A stretch of 63,516 bases of DNA, filler included, from Reticulomyxa filosa (lineage: Eukaryota > Protista > Foraminifera): assembly GCA_000512085.1 (NCBI GenBank). It is 21 parts of 21 records of this genome, joined end to end, with 100 filler letters (N's around TTAATTAATTAA, not from the genome) between each part and the next. Parts side by side here need not be neighbours in the genome. Positions count along the whole stretch, not along the records: positions 12,784 to 14,364 come from ASPP01021362.1; positions 14,465 to 15,557 come from ASPP01001317.1; positions 15,658 to 25,792 come from ASPP01005140.1; 18 more parts are not named here. One strand, written 5' to 3'. This document shows, piece after piece, positions 12,684-25,892 of the stretch (the stretch's first letter is position 1; each line of letters begins with the position of its first letter). The translations under genes and the position numbers were made by a program. Under the pieces are notes generated by a model that made no database searches, was not told the origin of the DNA, and worked only from the letters and a program-made list of their open reading frames with translations.

Positions 12684-12846
12684 NNNNNNNNNNNNNNNNN
12701 NNNNNNNNNNNNNNNNNNNNNNNNNNNTTAATTAATTAANNNNNNNNNNNNNNNNNNNNNNNNNNNNNNNNNNNNNNNNNNNNAAAAAAAAAAAACATGT
12801 GATTTCCAATATGCTGTGATTAAATAAATGGAATATATTTTATACA

Positions 12847-14229
12847 TTACCATTCATGGTCAGTCTGTACTAATGCTTCCACCAATTCGGACGGACGTGG
12901 TCTTACAGTGATGAACGTCGTTTTCTCCATCACATCGGTAGCGGTGATGAATCGAAGAACGGTATACTGTACTGGTTTCAATGCAGATTCCGATCGGTTT
13001 GGAGATAGTCTGGCTTCTGGATCAATTTCCGTTTTTTCCTTTTCTTTGTCTTTGTCTTTGTCTTGGTTGGTTTTTAAGACAGTGGTTTCTGTTACAACTT
13101 TATATTGCTGACTGGGTACAATGGGCAACATTGGAATGCCACGTAATTTGAGTCCACTATCAAAGAAACCTTCGCCAAACGCGCTCACCACACCACATCC
13201 GACAATCACCGCCAAAAGCAACGGCACGCTTAAGGTTAGTTCGTTTGTTATTTCCATGACGATGACAGCAGGAGATATTGTCTTGGTAATGCTTCCCAAA
13301 CTCGCCGCAGCTCCAACCACTGCATATACTCGTGCGTCAACAGTGCCCAATCCACTTTCTTCCAAAAACTGTACATTTTTTTAATGTACATATACATATA
13401 TATAAATATATATGTATATATATATATTTATATACAATGTGTAAATAATAGATATATGTATGTATATTTTAATTAACCAAAAAAAAAAAAAAAAAAACAT
13501 TACACAAACAAAGTCTAAACAGATCGAAAGACTTCTCCAAAAAAACGACCTCCGAACGCTCCCAAGATATACGACGGACCAACCACTCCAGCAGGGAATT
13601 GCAAGGTCTGCACAATAGGCAAGAACACCATCCAAATGATAGTGGTCCAAGCCAGATTCGAAATCAAATTGCCATCGGCCCAATCTTTATAAAAACAAGA
13701 TGCCTTAGCGGAGGATCGACAGTCGCCCAGTTTGTTTTGGGTAAACAAATCAGCCACAGCGCTTCGAGCGGGTCCCAAAGCAAAGTTGCCAACAAAAAAA
13801 TTGGAATGTCGAAAAAAAGATGACAATCGCCACGGCAATGCCGTAAGGATTACTTCCCAAATACTTGGCTTGATGTTTGCGACGGAAGGCAACCACCCAA
13901 GCGTTGAATTTGACCACAAACAGGCCGATCAGTCCAAAGATAAGCCCAAGCAATAAAAACAACGGCAATTCATTGGACTTGAACGTGTCGTGACCTTCCT
14001 TCGAGAATTTCGTGCTGTTGTCTCCAACAAAGTCGCGAAACAGCGAAATGTGCGCCACACTCCGATTCAGCACTTTGATAAATGTGGAGGCCGATATGCC
14101 GCAGCAAAAAGCCGTCCAATAATTGGTCACTGGATAATACGTGCTAGTAACCTCAATCGAAAACAATACGCCCCCAATGGGGGCTCCAAACACTGCACCC
14201 AGGGCACCTGCACATCCTGCTCCAAGCAG
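12847..14229 (-). CDS. CLC chloride channel/transporter, partial
   Basis: AVFGAPIGGVLFSIE, PAGVVGPSYILGAFGGRFFGE, YAVVGAAA, AVIVMEITNE, then a CBS-domain start (TATDVM). One frameshift in the T-run at ~13795. Confidence 0.93.
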
Positions 14230-14329
14230 CTAAAAAAAAGTTCCACATCGAAATGAAGGGGGGCACACAAAAAAAAAAAAAAAAGAACAGAATAAATTTA
14301 TAATATATAAACACATATACATATATATG

Positions 14330-14364
<35 letters not shown>

Positions 14365-14464
14365 NNNNNNNNNNNNNNNNNNNNNNNNNNNNNNNNNNNN
14401 NNNNNNNNTTAATTAATTAANNNNNNNNNNNNNNNNNNNNNNNNNNNNNNNNNNNNNNNNNNNN

Positions 14465-14680
14465 TACTGGTGTTTTAAATTTGTACTGTATTAAAAAATA
14501 TGAAGCAATACGATGTTTTTGTGTATTAAAAAAAGAGAAAGAAATGTATTGTTACGTGTTTTCTGTTATCCAAGTTAAGAGAGCCTTTGTCCTTTCAACA
14601 TTTCCGTTATGCACATTCCATGCTTTTAAAACAATATCTTTATCTATCTTGGAAAATGTTTGTTGAAGTTGTTCGAGCAT
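14465..14680 (-). CDS. Fragment of CUE-like/PUB-like family gene (paralog of 48576-49320)
   Basis: MLEQLQQTFSKIDKDIVLKAWNVHNGNVERTKALLTWITENT|TNLKHQ, with a phase-2 intron at the same position as in the paralog. Confidence 0.6.
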
Positions 14681-14969
14681 GATGAACCTTTTTTTTTACG
14701 TGTAGGGGAAGTTTTTAAAAGGAAATTTTATTTTATTTTGGCAACTTCTTGAGCTCGCTAATGCTTTTGTTGAAAGTACAAACATGACTTGCGGCATCAA
14801 AAAAGTTATTTAAAAGATTTTTGTCCTTGAATAATTTTCGGAGATTTTATCACAAAAATGACTTTTTTTGGTCTGTGCAAAAGTTGAACTAAACAAAAAA
14901 AATGGCTTGATTATTTCCACGTTTGAATTTTTGCTCATGCATAAGAAATTTTTATTATAAACCAATTTC

Positions 14970-15060
14970 ATATTTAAAAACGACAAGATTTGTGTTTATT
15001 TTTCATAAAGAAATCCATTCTATCATATAGATGCCATTTAGGTATGACAGTTTTTCCAAA
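14970..15060 (-). repeat. Degenerate copy of Tc1-like element end
   Basis: atatttaaaaacgacaagatttg...tttcataaagaaatc...gatgccatttaggtatgacagttt aligns by eye with 15287-15393. Confidence 0.55.
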
Positions 15061-15286
15061 AACAGAAGATCAGCTTAAAAATTATTTTGCTTAAGTGCAG
15101 AAAGAAAACAATATATTGCGTGAGATTTAACAAAAAAGTTATTGATTGCTTGTTTATAAAAAGTGATACTTTTTTCTTTACAATCACAAAATGCTTTGCG
15201 AGCTTAAATTTGCAAAAAGAGGTTGAGAAAAAAATTTAAATTTTTGAAAAAATTTCGAAATATAAAATAAAAAAATAAAATTAAAA

Positions 15287-15393
15287 TGATATTTAAAAAC
15301 TACACGATTTGTATATGTATTTTTTTCATGGAGAAAATCAATCATCTTCATAAAGTGCAATTAGGTGTCAACTTTCTTTTTTATTCTACTGTA
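15287..15393 (-). mobile_element. Tc1/mariner-like terminal sequence (TA|CAGTAGAATAAAAAAGAAAGTTGACACC)
   Basis: Similarity to 37107-37212 ends at ...CTACTG|TA, the canonical Tc1 end plus TA target site. Confidence 0.7.
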
Positions 15394-16461
15394 TTTGAAA
15401 AGTGAAGAAGTGAAAAATTAATTTAAAATGCAGGCTATAGAAATATTTGAAAAAATAATTGATTTAATATTTGGAATTATGATAGTAAATGTAATGAAAT
15501 GAAAGAAAAAGTATTATCACAAATATAACTTATTTCATTGAAATCAAGCAATTTCTGNNNNNNNNNNNNNNNNNNNNNNNNNNNNNNNNNNNNNNNNNNN
15601 NTTAATTAATTAANNNNNNNNNNNNNNNNNNNNNNNNNNNNNNNNNNNNNNNNNNNNCGTGCACAATTTTATTTGCTGTTGGGAGTGTAAAATCTGAATT
15701 CTTTTTCATTTTAGTTATTTAGCCAACAATAAAGCAAAATTAAGCGAAGAAACGCATTATTGTGCAAAAATTAGCGTAGTGTACTATTTCTTTTTTTTAA
15801 ACACGAACTTATTTTTAAAATAAGTTTTTTGTCAAATAAGATTTGTTCTTTTCTCAAAGAACTGATGATAAAAATTTTCCTATTCTTCATGATGATCACG
15901 AATCCGATTTTGGAAAACATGATGATAGTGAAGAATTTTTTGGCTCTTAGTGATTGACTAATTTGTTTTTTTCTGCAAATCTAATTTAATTTTTTCGGTA
16001 CAACTTTTTTATTTATTTATGTTTTTTTTTTACAGTTTTATTTTTAAATTGTTTGTTACTTTTGGTGTGTAATGTTTAAAAAAAAGCAATTGTAAACTGT
16101 TGAAAGGAAAATAAAAACATTGAACGAATTACTTTTAAAATTTCTTTTACAAAACTCATTTTTTAATTCGTTAACTTTCACTTTAAAACATGATGTGTTT
16201 TTTTTCATCACAACATACATATTTAAACTCACACACTCAAAGACAAAGTAACACAGTTTCAAAAGACCAATTTATATGGAATGGTAACGTCGAGATAGAC
16301 ACAAAAAGAGATAAACAATTTTAGCAGAGTTGTAATTTTGGCGAATTAGTTTAAGCATTTGTATTTTGGAATTATTTTTCTTAAAAATTGACCATAAAAA
16401 AAAAAAAAAAGACGAGTAAAAATAAATCAATAATTGCAAATGAAAAATGCGAGAGAATGAG

Positions 16462-18443
16462 TTAAGGCCTCCAAATGCGAAGGACTCTATCTTTTCCTCC
16501 ACTGGCCATGCAAGTGCCATGATTACTCCAATCGCAATCGTAGACTTCGTCGGAATGTCCGGGTAAGTCGATCATGAGTTTCTTTGTTTTCAAATTCCAA
16601 ATTTTGACAGTGCTGTCTTTGCTGGCGGAGGCCAGCATGCGTGAGTCGGCGCTCCAGCAGACACGATATACGGACTGAACATGTCCAAACAGTTTGCAAA
16701 TGAACTTGCCATTCAAGGCGTCCCAAATGCGGACAGTTTTGTCAAAAGAGGCGCTGGCAATGAAGCGTCCATCGGGACTGAAGCAGACATGATTGACAAG
16801 CTGATAATGTCCAGTCATGCGAGCGACAGGTTTGTCTGTGACTAAGGGATTCCACAAGAACAGTGTAAAGTCATCACTGGCCGAAACAAGGATTTCGCCT
16901 CTGCAATCTTTGGCTTTGTCATAAAAAGTTTGGGCTTTTTTAATATTTTCAGACGTATACACAGACTCTATATTTTTTTATTATCATTATTATCTTTATT
17001 ATCATTACTATAAATATCATCATCCAAATAATAAGGAAAAGGGAGCGAGGGATCAACAGGTCCACTTTTCAAAGCATAATCAGTGGACAATGCGATATGA
17101 TTGACCCAATGTGCATGCTTTTGCAAGACGCGGAAGCACGTGCCAGCATTGGTATCCCACACGCGAATGGAGAGGTCTCGACTGGACGAGTACAAGAAGC
17201 CTTGTCCTCCCCACTTGATCATCGTGATCGCATCTTTATGTCCATTCAAATGAAACTGCACCTGTTTGGTGCGCACGTTCCAAATCTTTATTGTCGTGTC
17301 TTTCCCTGCACTCGCGAAGCGCAAGTCTTGCTCCACCTTGCGCAAGTGAAATGGCTCCCAAGCAATGCTCGTCACCCACTTCTTATGTGCCATCAAACCT
17401 TCCTTCATTTCTTCATACGTCGTCCCTTTGCACGTATCCCACAGCCATATCACTCCTTGCATGTCCCCACTCGCGAGTATACGTCCGCACGGAGAGTACT
17501 CCACCACTAACACCCAATGCTTGTGCTTTTCCAACACTTTTTCTGGACTTTGCGACTCCGCATCCCACAAGCGAATGCTCGTATCCCCTGACCCCGTGGC
17601 TACCTGTCTGCTGTCATTGCGCACCTTCACGGACAGTATTGCTTCTGTGTGTCCTGGCAACTCTGCGCTGCAACGCGATATCGCCTGCACTTTAAACATC
17701 GCCTGCGGCTCGTACACTATGCTCAATACTTTCTCCGTTGATATCGCTCCCAGTCCTTCTGCATTCTCCAACAGCTTTCGAATTGATGTCGTTATCTCCA
17801 TGTTTAGATTTTTCAACTCCATTTTTTTGGGTTCTTTTTCATCTTTTTTTGTACATATTTTTGCACACTACGTATACTCACTTTATATACATACATACAT
17901 ACATATATGTACATATACGTATATTTATATATATATATACGTATACGTGCCTGTGGATTGGTCAGATGAATCCAGCGATGGCTGGTAATAAAAAGCATAA
18001 GGAACGGGCTCGTCCGTTTGCTTTAGTAATGTATTGATTAACAACTCCAACTTGTCCACTGTAAAGCCGACTGGAATGTCAATTGGATTGCCTGTCTTTT
18101 CACCCCCTCGCTTTTGGAATTGCACCAACACTCGCTTCACGGACTTCTTCAAACTCTTCTTCTTCTTCTTCTTGTTTGCCTGTGCTACACCGATATCCCC
18201 TGCTTTCAACTGCTGTTTGTACATTGGGTTTGGCAAGGTCACCGATGATTTTGATTGGATTACCGACCGTGACAGTCGGGGGTGGTTCGAGTTTTGCTTG
18301 GCCTTGATTACATCACTCGCGGACTGAACGTGACTCAATTGCTGATTCAAAAATATATCTCTTGTATTATCATGCACTGACAACTTCAGGCGCTTGTTTG
18401 CTGAGAAAATGCTTTCTTCTGCATTTGTTTCGGAATCAGCCAT
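16462..18443 (-). CDS. NLE1: Notchless / Rsa4 ribosome-assembly WD40 protein
   Basis: NLE domain (VLVQF..G...G.PIDIP..LELLINTLL..DEPVPYAFY), IVYEPQAMFKV, WEPFHL, HAHWVNHIALSTDY.L, VARMTGHYQLVNHV.FSPDG, DLPGHSDEVY. One intron and one A-run frameshift at ~16975. Confidence 0.95.
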
Positions 18444-18869
18444 TTCAAATTATGGAAGGGGGGGTAGTTGAATTTTAGTATTTGATGTTTCCTTTTTTTT
18501 TTTTGCCACGATTAATCTTTTGCTTTTTGTAAGGGAAAATGTGTTTGATAATTCGAAGGTGAAAATTATTAGTCTATTTTATTTTCAAAGGTTTTTTAAA
18601 AAATTTCAAATAACAAAACCCATATTTTTTCGTTGTAACAAAAAATAATTTAAAAATGCTGCTGAGGTGAACTTTTTTCCTTTTTCTAAAGCTATGAGCC
18701 AAGTTCGTCCCGTGTCCAGAGCTAATGGAGAAAATATTGCTTATTTCCATTTCGATTTAGTTTCGGAGAAATTAAACAAGCAAACTTTTTCTTTTTTTGT
18801 TTAGTTGTTTTTTTGCCAGACAGAAAGTTTGGAGTTATGTATACATCACCTCAAACAAAACAAACAAAG

Positions 18870-19200
18870 CAAATGGTTGGTGGTGGATATTGTAATTATG
18901 GGTCCGGTGTGATTTTAATTATGGGTTCCTGTATAATTTCGGTTGGTGTAGATATTATGGTGGTAATGGATGATGGATTCCTGTCGTACATTGGAGCCAG
19001 TCTTGATCAGCCGCAAAAAAGACGTGCAATAGGCGAGTCGACGACAAGCAAACAAAGTTGCACTGACGACAATAATATTGTCGTCCAAGAATCGTCGACT
19101 ATTTACACTTGCAGGAATGGTGGCAGTGTCCATCTGGAGGTGGACGCATTACAGTCTCTCCTTTGCTGTTGCAGGCAGTATGACCGTGCTAACAGAGGGG
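18870..19200 (+). repeat. Diverged unnamed repeat, copy 1
   Basis: The core cacttgcaggaatggtggcagtgtccatctgg...acagtctctcc recurs at 19768-19786 (-) and 25731-25792 (+). Confidence 0.6.
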
Positions 19201-19699
19201 CAGAGACCGAATTACTAATCACTACAACGCCTATATCATCATTGGGCTGACGATGGCCGTTTGTTGGAGTGATACAAATACTTTGGAGTTATCATTTTCT
19301 TTATTTCTATATATTCTACATTGCCTCTATTTTTTTTTTTTTGTGAACAGATTGACCCAGTGATATTAATTGGGATTCTGTTATTGATTATTGTTATTTC
19401 ATTTTTGGTTGTTTTTTTGGTTATGTCGCTTAGTGTCCTCGTTGCTCGTTTTTCCCCCTCTTGGCATCTTTTCCACCCTCTTGCACTTTTTCATGTTTGA
19501 CTAGTACGTCATTTTTGTCTTACCTTTTTTTTAGGTGGCTCATTTGTTTGTTTCCTTTTTTTTTTAGTGCATTTTTTTTTTTTTTTGCTAATTATGATTT
19601 TGTCGCTGTCGATTGGAGTTTATTATATGGCTATTGTACGGAGTAATTGTCCCCATTTGTCCTGTAGCATATTCCGGTAATTGGCTTCTTGTTTTTGTC

Positions 19700-19830
19700 A
19701 TGTTTATACTGCACGCACCAGTAGACCACATAGGATGCAATGTTTGCATCATTTGGAGTCATGCCTTTGCCACCATCCTGCAAGTGAAAAGAGTCCACTG
19801 ATGTGGACAAAAGCATGACGACTCCAGTTT
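19700..19830 (-). repeat. Diverged unnamed repeat, copy 2 (inverted)
   Basis: The minus strand reads gtccacatcagtggactcttttcacttgcaggatggtggca. Confidence 0.5.
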
Positions 19831-22205
19831 TGTGCGGCTTATCTGTTGACATAGCCATATGGCTTTGTGTCAATAGGTATTGGATCCGCACTGGGATGCT
19901 TTGACATCCCCATTTGGCAAGGTCTACGCTTATTTTATTTCTTATAGAGGATGTGCAAACACCAATTGATTCTATAGCTATGGTGGCACAATCCTCGATG
20001 ACAACAACTACTAAAATAACGGCCGTCTGAGTATAATCATTCGAGTTATCAGGTTCATCATAATCTTTATTGTCCATAATTTTTGTTTTTCTTTCGGCAA
20101 ACGTTTTACACTTTGATTTGCTTGGAATAGTATTGATCGTGTATTTATGGATTATCAAGATTCCTGATCTTGTTATTCGTGGCATTCTTTTGTTTTTTTA
20201 TTACAATTGTATTAAATAAATTGATTATTAATTTAAGTGAATGATATTAATGTTGATTTTTTTATTTAAATTTATATTCAAACAAGCAATTAATTTCAAA
20301 TAAATTTTTGAAAATGCAATTCTGACTTGTATTATTATCTTATTTGCGCAAAATATTCCAATTCATGAGAAGTTGCAATTGCTTATTTTAAAATAACGAT
20401 TGTGAAGTGCTAGTCATTTTTGGAAGAATCTTCTCAGATAATTAGGAAATAACCTTCCAGTATGATCTTTGCCTTGTCGTGCTAACGACGAAGCTTCATA
20501 AAGTGATTTTTGAAGAATTAATTGGAACTCCATTTGTAAACGTAGGGACAAAAAAGAATGTCTTGCTATAACAACTTGTTTTCAAGGAATAATTTTTGTC
20601 CATTTCTGCTATTGGGTTTTGTTGTTGAGTTCTATGTTGGTACTGTTGTGTTTGTGTTGCAAATAGTTTTCAAAACAAAAAAAAGGAACTTTCATTAGTT
20701 CGGTCATGTACATGTCAAAAAGCACATCAACTGCTTTTTTTTATAAAAAACGAAAAATAATATTGCAGCAATCCTGCTGTTTTGTTGTGGTGCTCCACTT
20801 GATACATTCTATCATTTACCTTGCCTCCATTTACATACATTTGATATCAACATCCTGCCTCGATTTTTGTCCTGATATATATCATTGAGGACAGAACTTC
20901 AACAAAAACAACAAAGAAGTTATCTTTCATAGATAACCTCCACTCATTTATTTATTGTTTGCTGTATGTTGTTGGTATGTGAGCAGTCGTGTGGGTTTCT
21001 GCGCCCTCATACTCCAATCTTTACACTATTTCTTTTTCCTTTTTTCTATCAATCTTTTCTTTTTCATACTCTTATCAACATAATCATACAGACTACATAA
21101 CAACAACATATCGGTTATTTAATTTGTCCTGGCGTCGTATTTGATTAGTGATTATTTGATATCCCTCCAAAATTTACCCAAGATTAGTGCGACATGTATA
21201 TTGATATTTGGACTTCCACATCACCTAAATATATCTAACTTTTCAATCGTTATTTGCTTGCCATTCAGTAATTATAAAAAAAGAAACTCCAAAAAAAAGA
21301 AAAAGATGCAATACATGTTTATATTCAAAATAGACTCAAGCAAAAAAAAAAAGTATGTCTACGTTAAAAAAAAATATATAATGATATAATGGATATTATA
21401 AAGAAATTTTAAAATATCCAATATTTTAAAAAACACATATATAAAATATAGAAAAACATCATTTCCAACGAATGCAAAATTTGCATAAATCTGGAACATA
21501 TGTTGCAGGACTTGTATGCATTCACTAATCAAGCATCGCAATACAGTAATAATAATATTATCGCCAGCTACAATTTCAATAATAGTTGATATATTTACAC
21601 TTGTAGTGTGAGCACATGTCCAGAAAGCGATGCATGCAGTTATTATTATGAATAACATTATCGCCGCAACAACCAACATAAGTACTGGCATTTTATTTTC
21701 ATGCAATTGTCTTATTTTGTTCTACATTATCGTAATGGTTGAACGTATATCGTGATGGATAACCTGTAGAAAACATGTATAATCATATAAACAAAGAATA
21801 AAACTTAATTTAAAAAAAGTAAACAGAAAATACATACATTGACAGGATGTGACATGTTCTTTTTTTTTAATAGTGACAGATTGTGGTACTTTCGAGTAAG
21901 AGTTTATATTGTCTCTGCCGCTGCAGATAATGTTTGCCGGTTCTATGAAAAAAATAGTGATAAAAAAAATTCAAATGGGGATACACAATGTATGTTTGTG
22001 TATATATATATTTAATGTTTGTTTCTAAACTTTTTTTCTCAATTAATTTTTTCTCAGTTTTCAAATCTATGTTGCATTATGTTATATATTACTATGTTGT
22101 TTTGTTCAACAGAAAAAAATTAAAAAATAGAAACCTGTCGGAAATGGGAACTGGGGCCACTCAAAATGGATATCTATTGTTTTTATAAAAACAAAGTATG
22201 CTATA

Positions 22206-22760
22206 TCATATATGTATATAAAAACACTGTGTAAAAACACTTTGACCATTTTGATTATTAATACCTTCAGATTGAAGTTGTTGTGATTGATTTTGTGGCT
22301 GTGTTAGAGATCGTGATTGTCTTCGGTGATTCAACGGTTGCCAATTTAATTGATATTGTGGTAGGTCACATATTGGAATTTCTTTCATAACTACGTCGCT
22401 TTTATCACTGTCCAAATCAATCATATCAATTATTTTTTCAACATCTTTCATTTCTACGTCGTCGGTTATTTCTTCTGAATCAATCATGTCATCCATTTCA
22501 ATCATAACAACATCTTTAATAATTTCTTTCATTATTACATCTTCTTCTATGGCATCTATCATCGTTACATAATTATCAACTTCCTGCATGTCCACATAAT
22601 TTATATATTGGCCATACTGTTCATAATCTACTTGAAATTCCAAGTGATCATTTCTTTCTATCATGCCAACATTGTCAACAGCATCTTGCATATCAACATT
22701 ATTCATGGTATCATTTGTGTGGATATCTATTTGTGGGATAAGATATATGTACAAGAACAT
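22206..22760 (-). CDS. Hypothetical acidic exon with repeated DVxM motifs
   Basis: 184-codon ORF with VDMQD, VDMQE, DVIMKE, DVVMIE, DVEMKD and DVVMKE. Confidence 0.5.
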   Translation of the reverse strand: MFLYIYLIPQIDIHTNDTMNNVDMQDAVDNVGMIERNDHLEFQVDYEQYGQYINYVDMQEVDNYVTMIDAIEEDVIMKEIIKDVVMIEMDDMIDSEEITDDVEMKDVEKIIDMIDLDSDKSDVVMKEIPICDLPQYQLNWQPLNHRRQSRSLTQPQNQSQQLQSEGINNQNGQSVFTQCFYIHI

Positions 22761-25479
22761 TGCATGGAGTATATTATATAATAGAATTTGCTAGCTGAAA
22801 GTGCAAGGTATTTGTTATTTTACCTAAGTTGTTGAAATTTTCTATTAGTTCTATATTGTGATGTATTAAATATTTGATATGGAATTTATATTGTGTTGTT
22901 ACGTACTCCTTGTTTGCTTGTGTCGTTTTTAAAAAGAATAGAGCCAGAGAAAGTCAAGCTCTACCTGCAAAATTCATCTTTATTTTGTTATCTTTTACAA
23001 AATTTTAAAAATTTCTTTGCTTTTTTTCAAAAGTGTTTGTTGTTTTTGTTGCTGTTGTTTGGTGTTCAAAATAAAAAGTTCATTATTGTTATTCCCTTGC
23101 ACTGTACAAATTTTTTATATCACAGTTCAAGAAAATGTTGTATTTGTTTATTTAGACTCAAAAAAGCAAAATTTATTTAACAAAGTTCGAAAAGAATGCA
23201 AAGTGTTTATGCTTTCACAAAAATGTAAAATGTATGTTAATATTTTCTGCTGTCAAGACAACTTGAACAATCAAAATTAAAGAATGAGACATTTTACAAT
23301 AATTGCCAAATCAAAGAGAAGTTCTTGGATCTGATTGTCAAAACATCAATATGTTTTTTAAAATGTGTAATGAGTAAATAGTTTCAACAAATGGGAATGA
23401 AACAGCGTTGAAATAATGGATTGAATAAATATATGAATTAACATCACCAATTTTTTTGATGGTTTATCATATGATTACAAAAGTCTATGAATCCAATTGT
23501 GTTTAAATCCAATTGTGTTTGGTTTGATTGAAAGCATGTTTATACCAATCATATGTACTCTTTACTTTCATTCCAAAAACTTATATTCTCGGGATATGTG
23601 TTTTTTTTTACTATTATTTTTTTATTTATAAATAAGTGTATGTGTAGGATAAAGTCCTTACAATATTGATGGAAGAGAATATGATTATGTATCGTTGGGA
23701 CAGTATCTGATTTGTTGTATGTGATGGGTTATGATACTCGTTCATAAAGATTGGTACGTATATTACTAAAGCTATTTTCCTTATTATACAGCAAAACAAG
23801 GATTGGAGTTGATAAAGATAGAGTTATATTATGTTATTAAGAGAATAATTTTGTCTTTTTCACAAATTCTTCAATGAGATTTCCCGTTATTTCAGGGTTT
23901 TACCATTTATTCTGATTTTTTTTGAGTTCTGGTTGCCACTGTCAAAATACATTAATTTATCTCCGTCACTTTTTTTTAATAAAAAAACCTAGTTTGGAAC
24001 CACAAATGAAAAGGCATAGCCTTTTAATTCGATCCTTTGTGTGTACATTTTATTTTTGGTTTCTTTTTGTCTTCAGCTATTCTTTATGCTTTCATTAATG
24101 CTGTCGAGTAGAAAAAATAATAAACAATAAATAATACAATCAAACAAAATAAAATAACAAAACATAGCTTCACTTCTAAAACAAAGATAAGCCTATAAAA
24201 AAAATTGCAATGAGTAATAAGAGTAAATTGCCTGCTGACCTCCAAGAGATTGTTGACATTAAACGAATTAAAGCGTAACCCTGAAAGGTTTTGGCTTTCC
24301 AGCTCGATATATCAATTATATAAAAAACTTGCAACGGACAACTCTGCACAACACAACTTAAGAGCAGAGACTGTGTACGATTAGAAGAGTTTGTAACTCT
24401 CTATGCAGAAAGAAGACTCCAGTATATCTTGAAGAAAAAACTGGGGAATGATTTGGTTTAATATGATTGAAAACAGATGATGTAATGGGCTTTTTTGACA
24501 TGATAACTAAGCCACAACATACGACATAAATTAGTTGAATTGTTTTTATAGAAAAATTTTGAGAAGTTTTTCATATAACAATCAATTTTGAGTAGATTGA
24601 TCGTTGAATTTAGTCAAATGTGCAAAGCTCTAATTAAATAAATTTCCTTGATCATCATGTACTAAATATTGACATGGTAACATCAACCTCAAAGATAGAG
24701 TCAGTTTGCACTTTCTGTTTGTCAACTGTTTTCAAGATTTTGTCTCCTGGGATCCATTGTAAAGATTGCAGGCTTTGATCCAAAGAAAAAGAAAAAGACT
24801 TGTTGATGATATTTGTTTAAATCTTAATCAATTATGAAGTTTGAACATGACCTTATTGTTGTTATTAAAAAAACAAATGTTTTTTTTTTCATTTATATTT
24901 TTTGACATTTCCAAAATATGTACACTACAATCAAGACTCAAACATCAAACATTACAAATGAGGGTATTCATTTTACAAAGCAAATTTACAATTCACAAAA
25001 AAAGACAAAATTCAATCATTACTCTTAGTTTTAACAGTTAATCCTTAAATTCATGAGATAATTTGTATCAATTATTCAAAAAATTTCTTGTTACAACATA
25101 GTCAATCTTTTTCTGTATTTATTTATTCAGCACCAAATTGTGAATTTAACATGTTTTCTAATTGAAAATTGAAAAAATTTTAAAATTATTTTTTCATTGC
25201 AACAAATAAAAGTAGGATGTGCTATTGGTGAGGAACTTTTTTCCCCTTTTTCTACAATTTTGTACAAAGCGTTCCAGTGTCCAGCGTCTGTAGTGAGAAT
25301 ATTGCTGATCCCCAAGTCCATTTCGCTTCAAGAAAGTTAACCAAACAACTTTTTTCTTTTTTTCTTTGTTTTCAAAGACCAAAAGTTTGGAGCAGAGAAA
25401 ACACCTATTCAAAAAAAAAGGACGTCAAAGATTATCAGTAGTTAAGATTGTGGTATTGGATCGGCGTCGTTTCAATATG

Positions 25480-25792
25480 CGTCCAGTATCATGTTGGTTG
25501 CGGATGACTATTATAGCTATAATTGGTGGTGGGTCCATGCATTCCTGTATTCGTGTATTCCTGTTCCTGTGTTGCTGATGATGGAGCCAAGTCAGCCGCA
25601 GCGCAATACTACTGCGCTTACCATGATTGCGATGTGTTATCGCAACAACCGCGTGCGACAGGCACGTCGGTGCTTGCAGAGACAAACCAAGGCCACATGA
25701 AAGGTTTGCATTGAAGCGCAGCACCGACAGATTACCTTGCAGGACTGTGGCAATGTCTATCTGTGGATGGACATAAAATACGGTCTCCCCCC
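25480..25792 (+). repeat. Diverged unnamed repeat, copy 3
   Basis: Shares tggagcca..tcagccgca, gtgc.a.aggc..gtcg, ttgca.tga and ttgcagga..gtggca.tgtc.atctg with 18870-19200. Confidence 0.6.
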
Positions 25793-25892
25793 NNNNNNNN
25801 NNNNNNNNNNNNNNNNNNNNNNNNNNNNNNNNNNNNTTAATTAATTAANNNNNNNNNNNNNNNNNNNNNNNNNNNNNNNNNNNNNNNNNNNN

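Noticed and set aside
23300-24900. Possible decayed gene (MSNKSKLPADLQEIVDIKRIK* at ~24210)
   Set aside because: Too fragmentary to assign a family.
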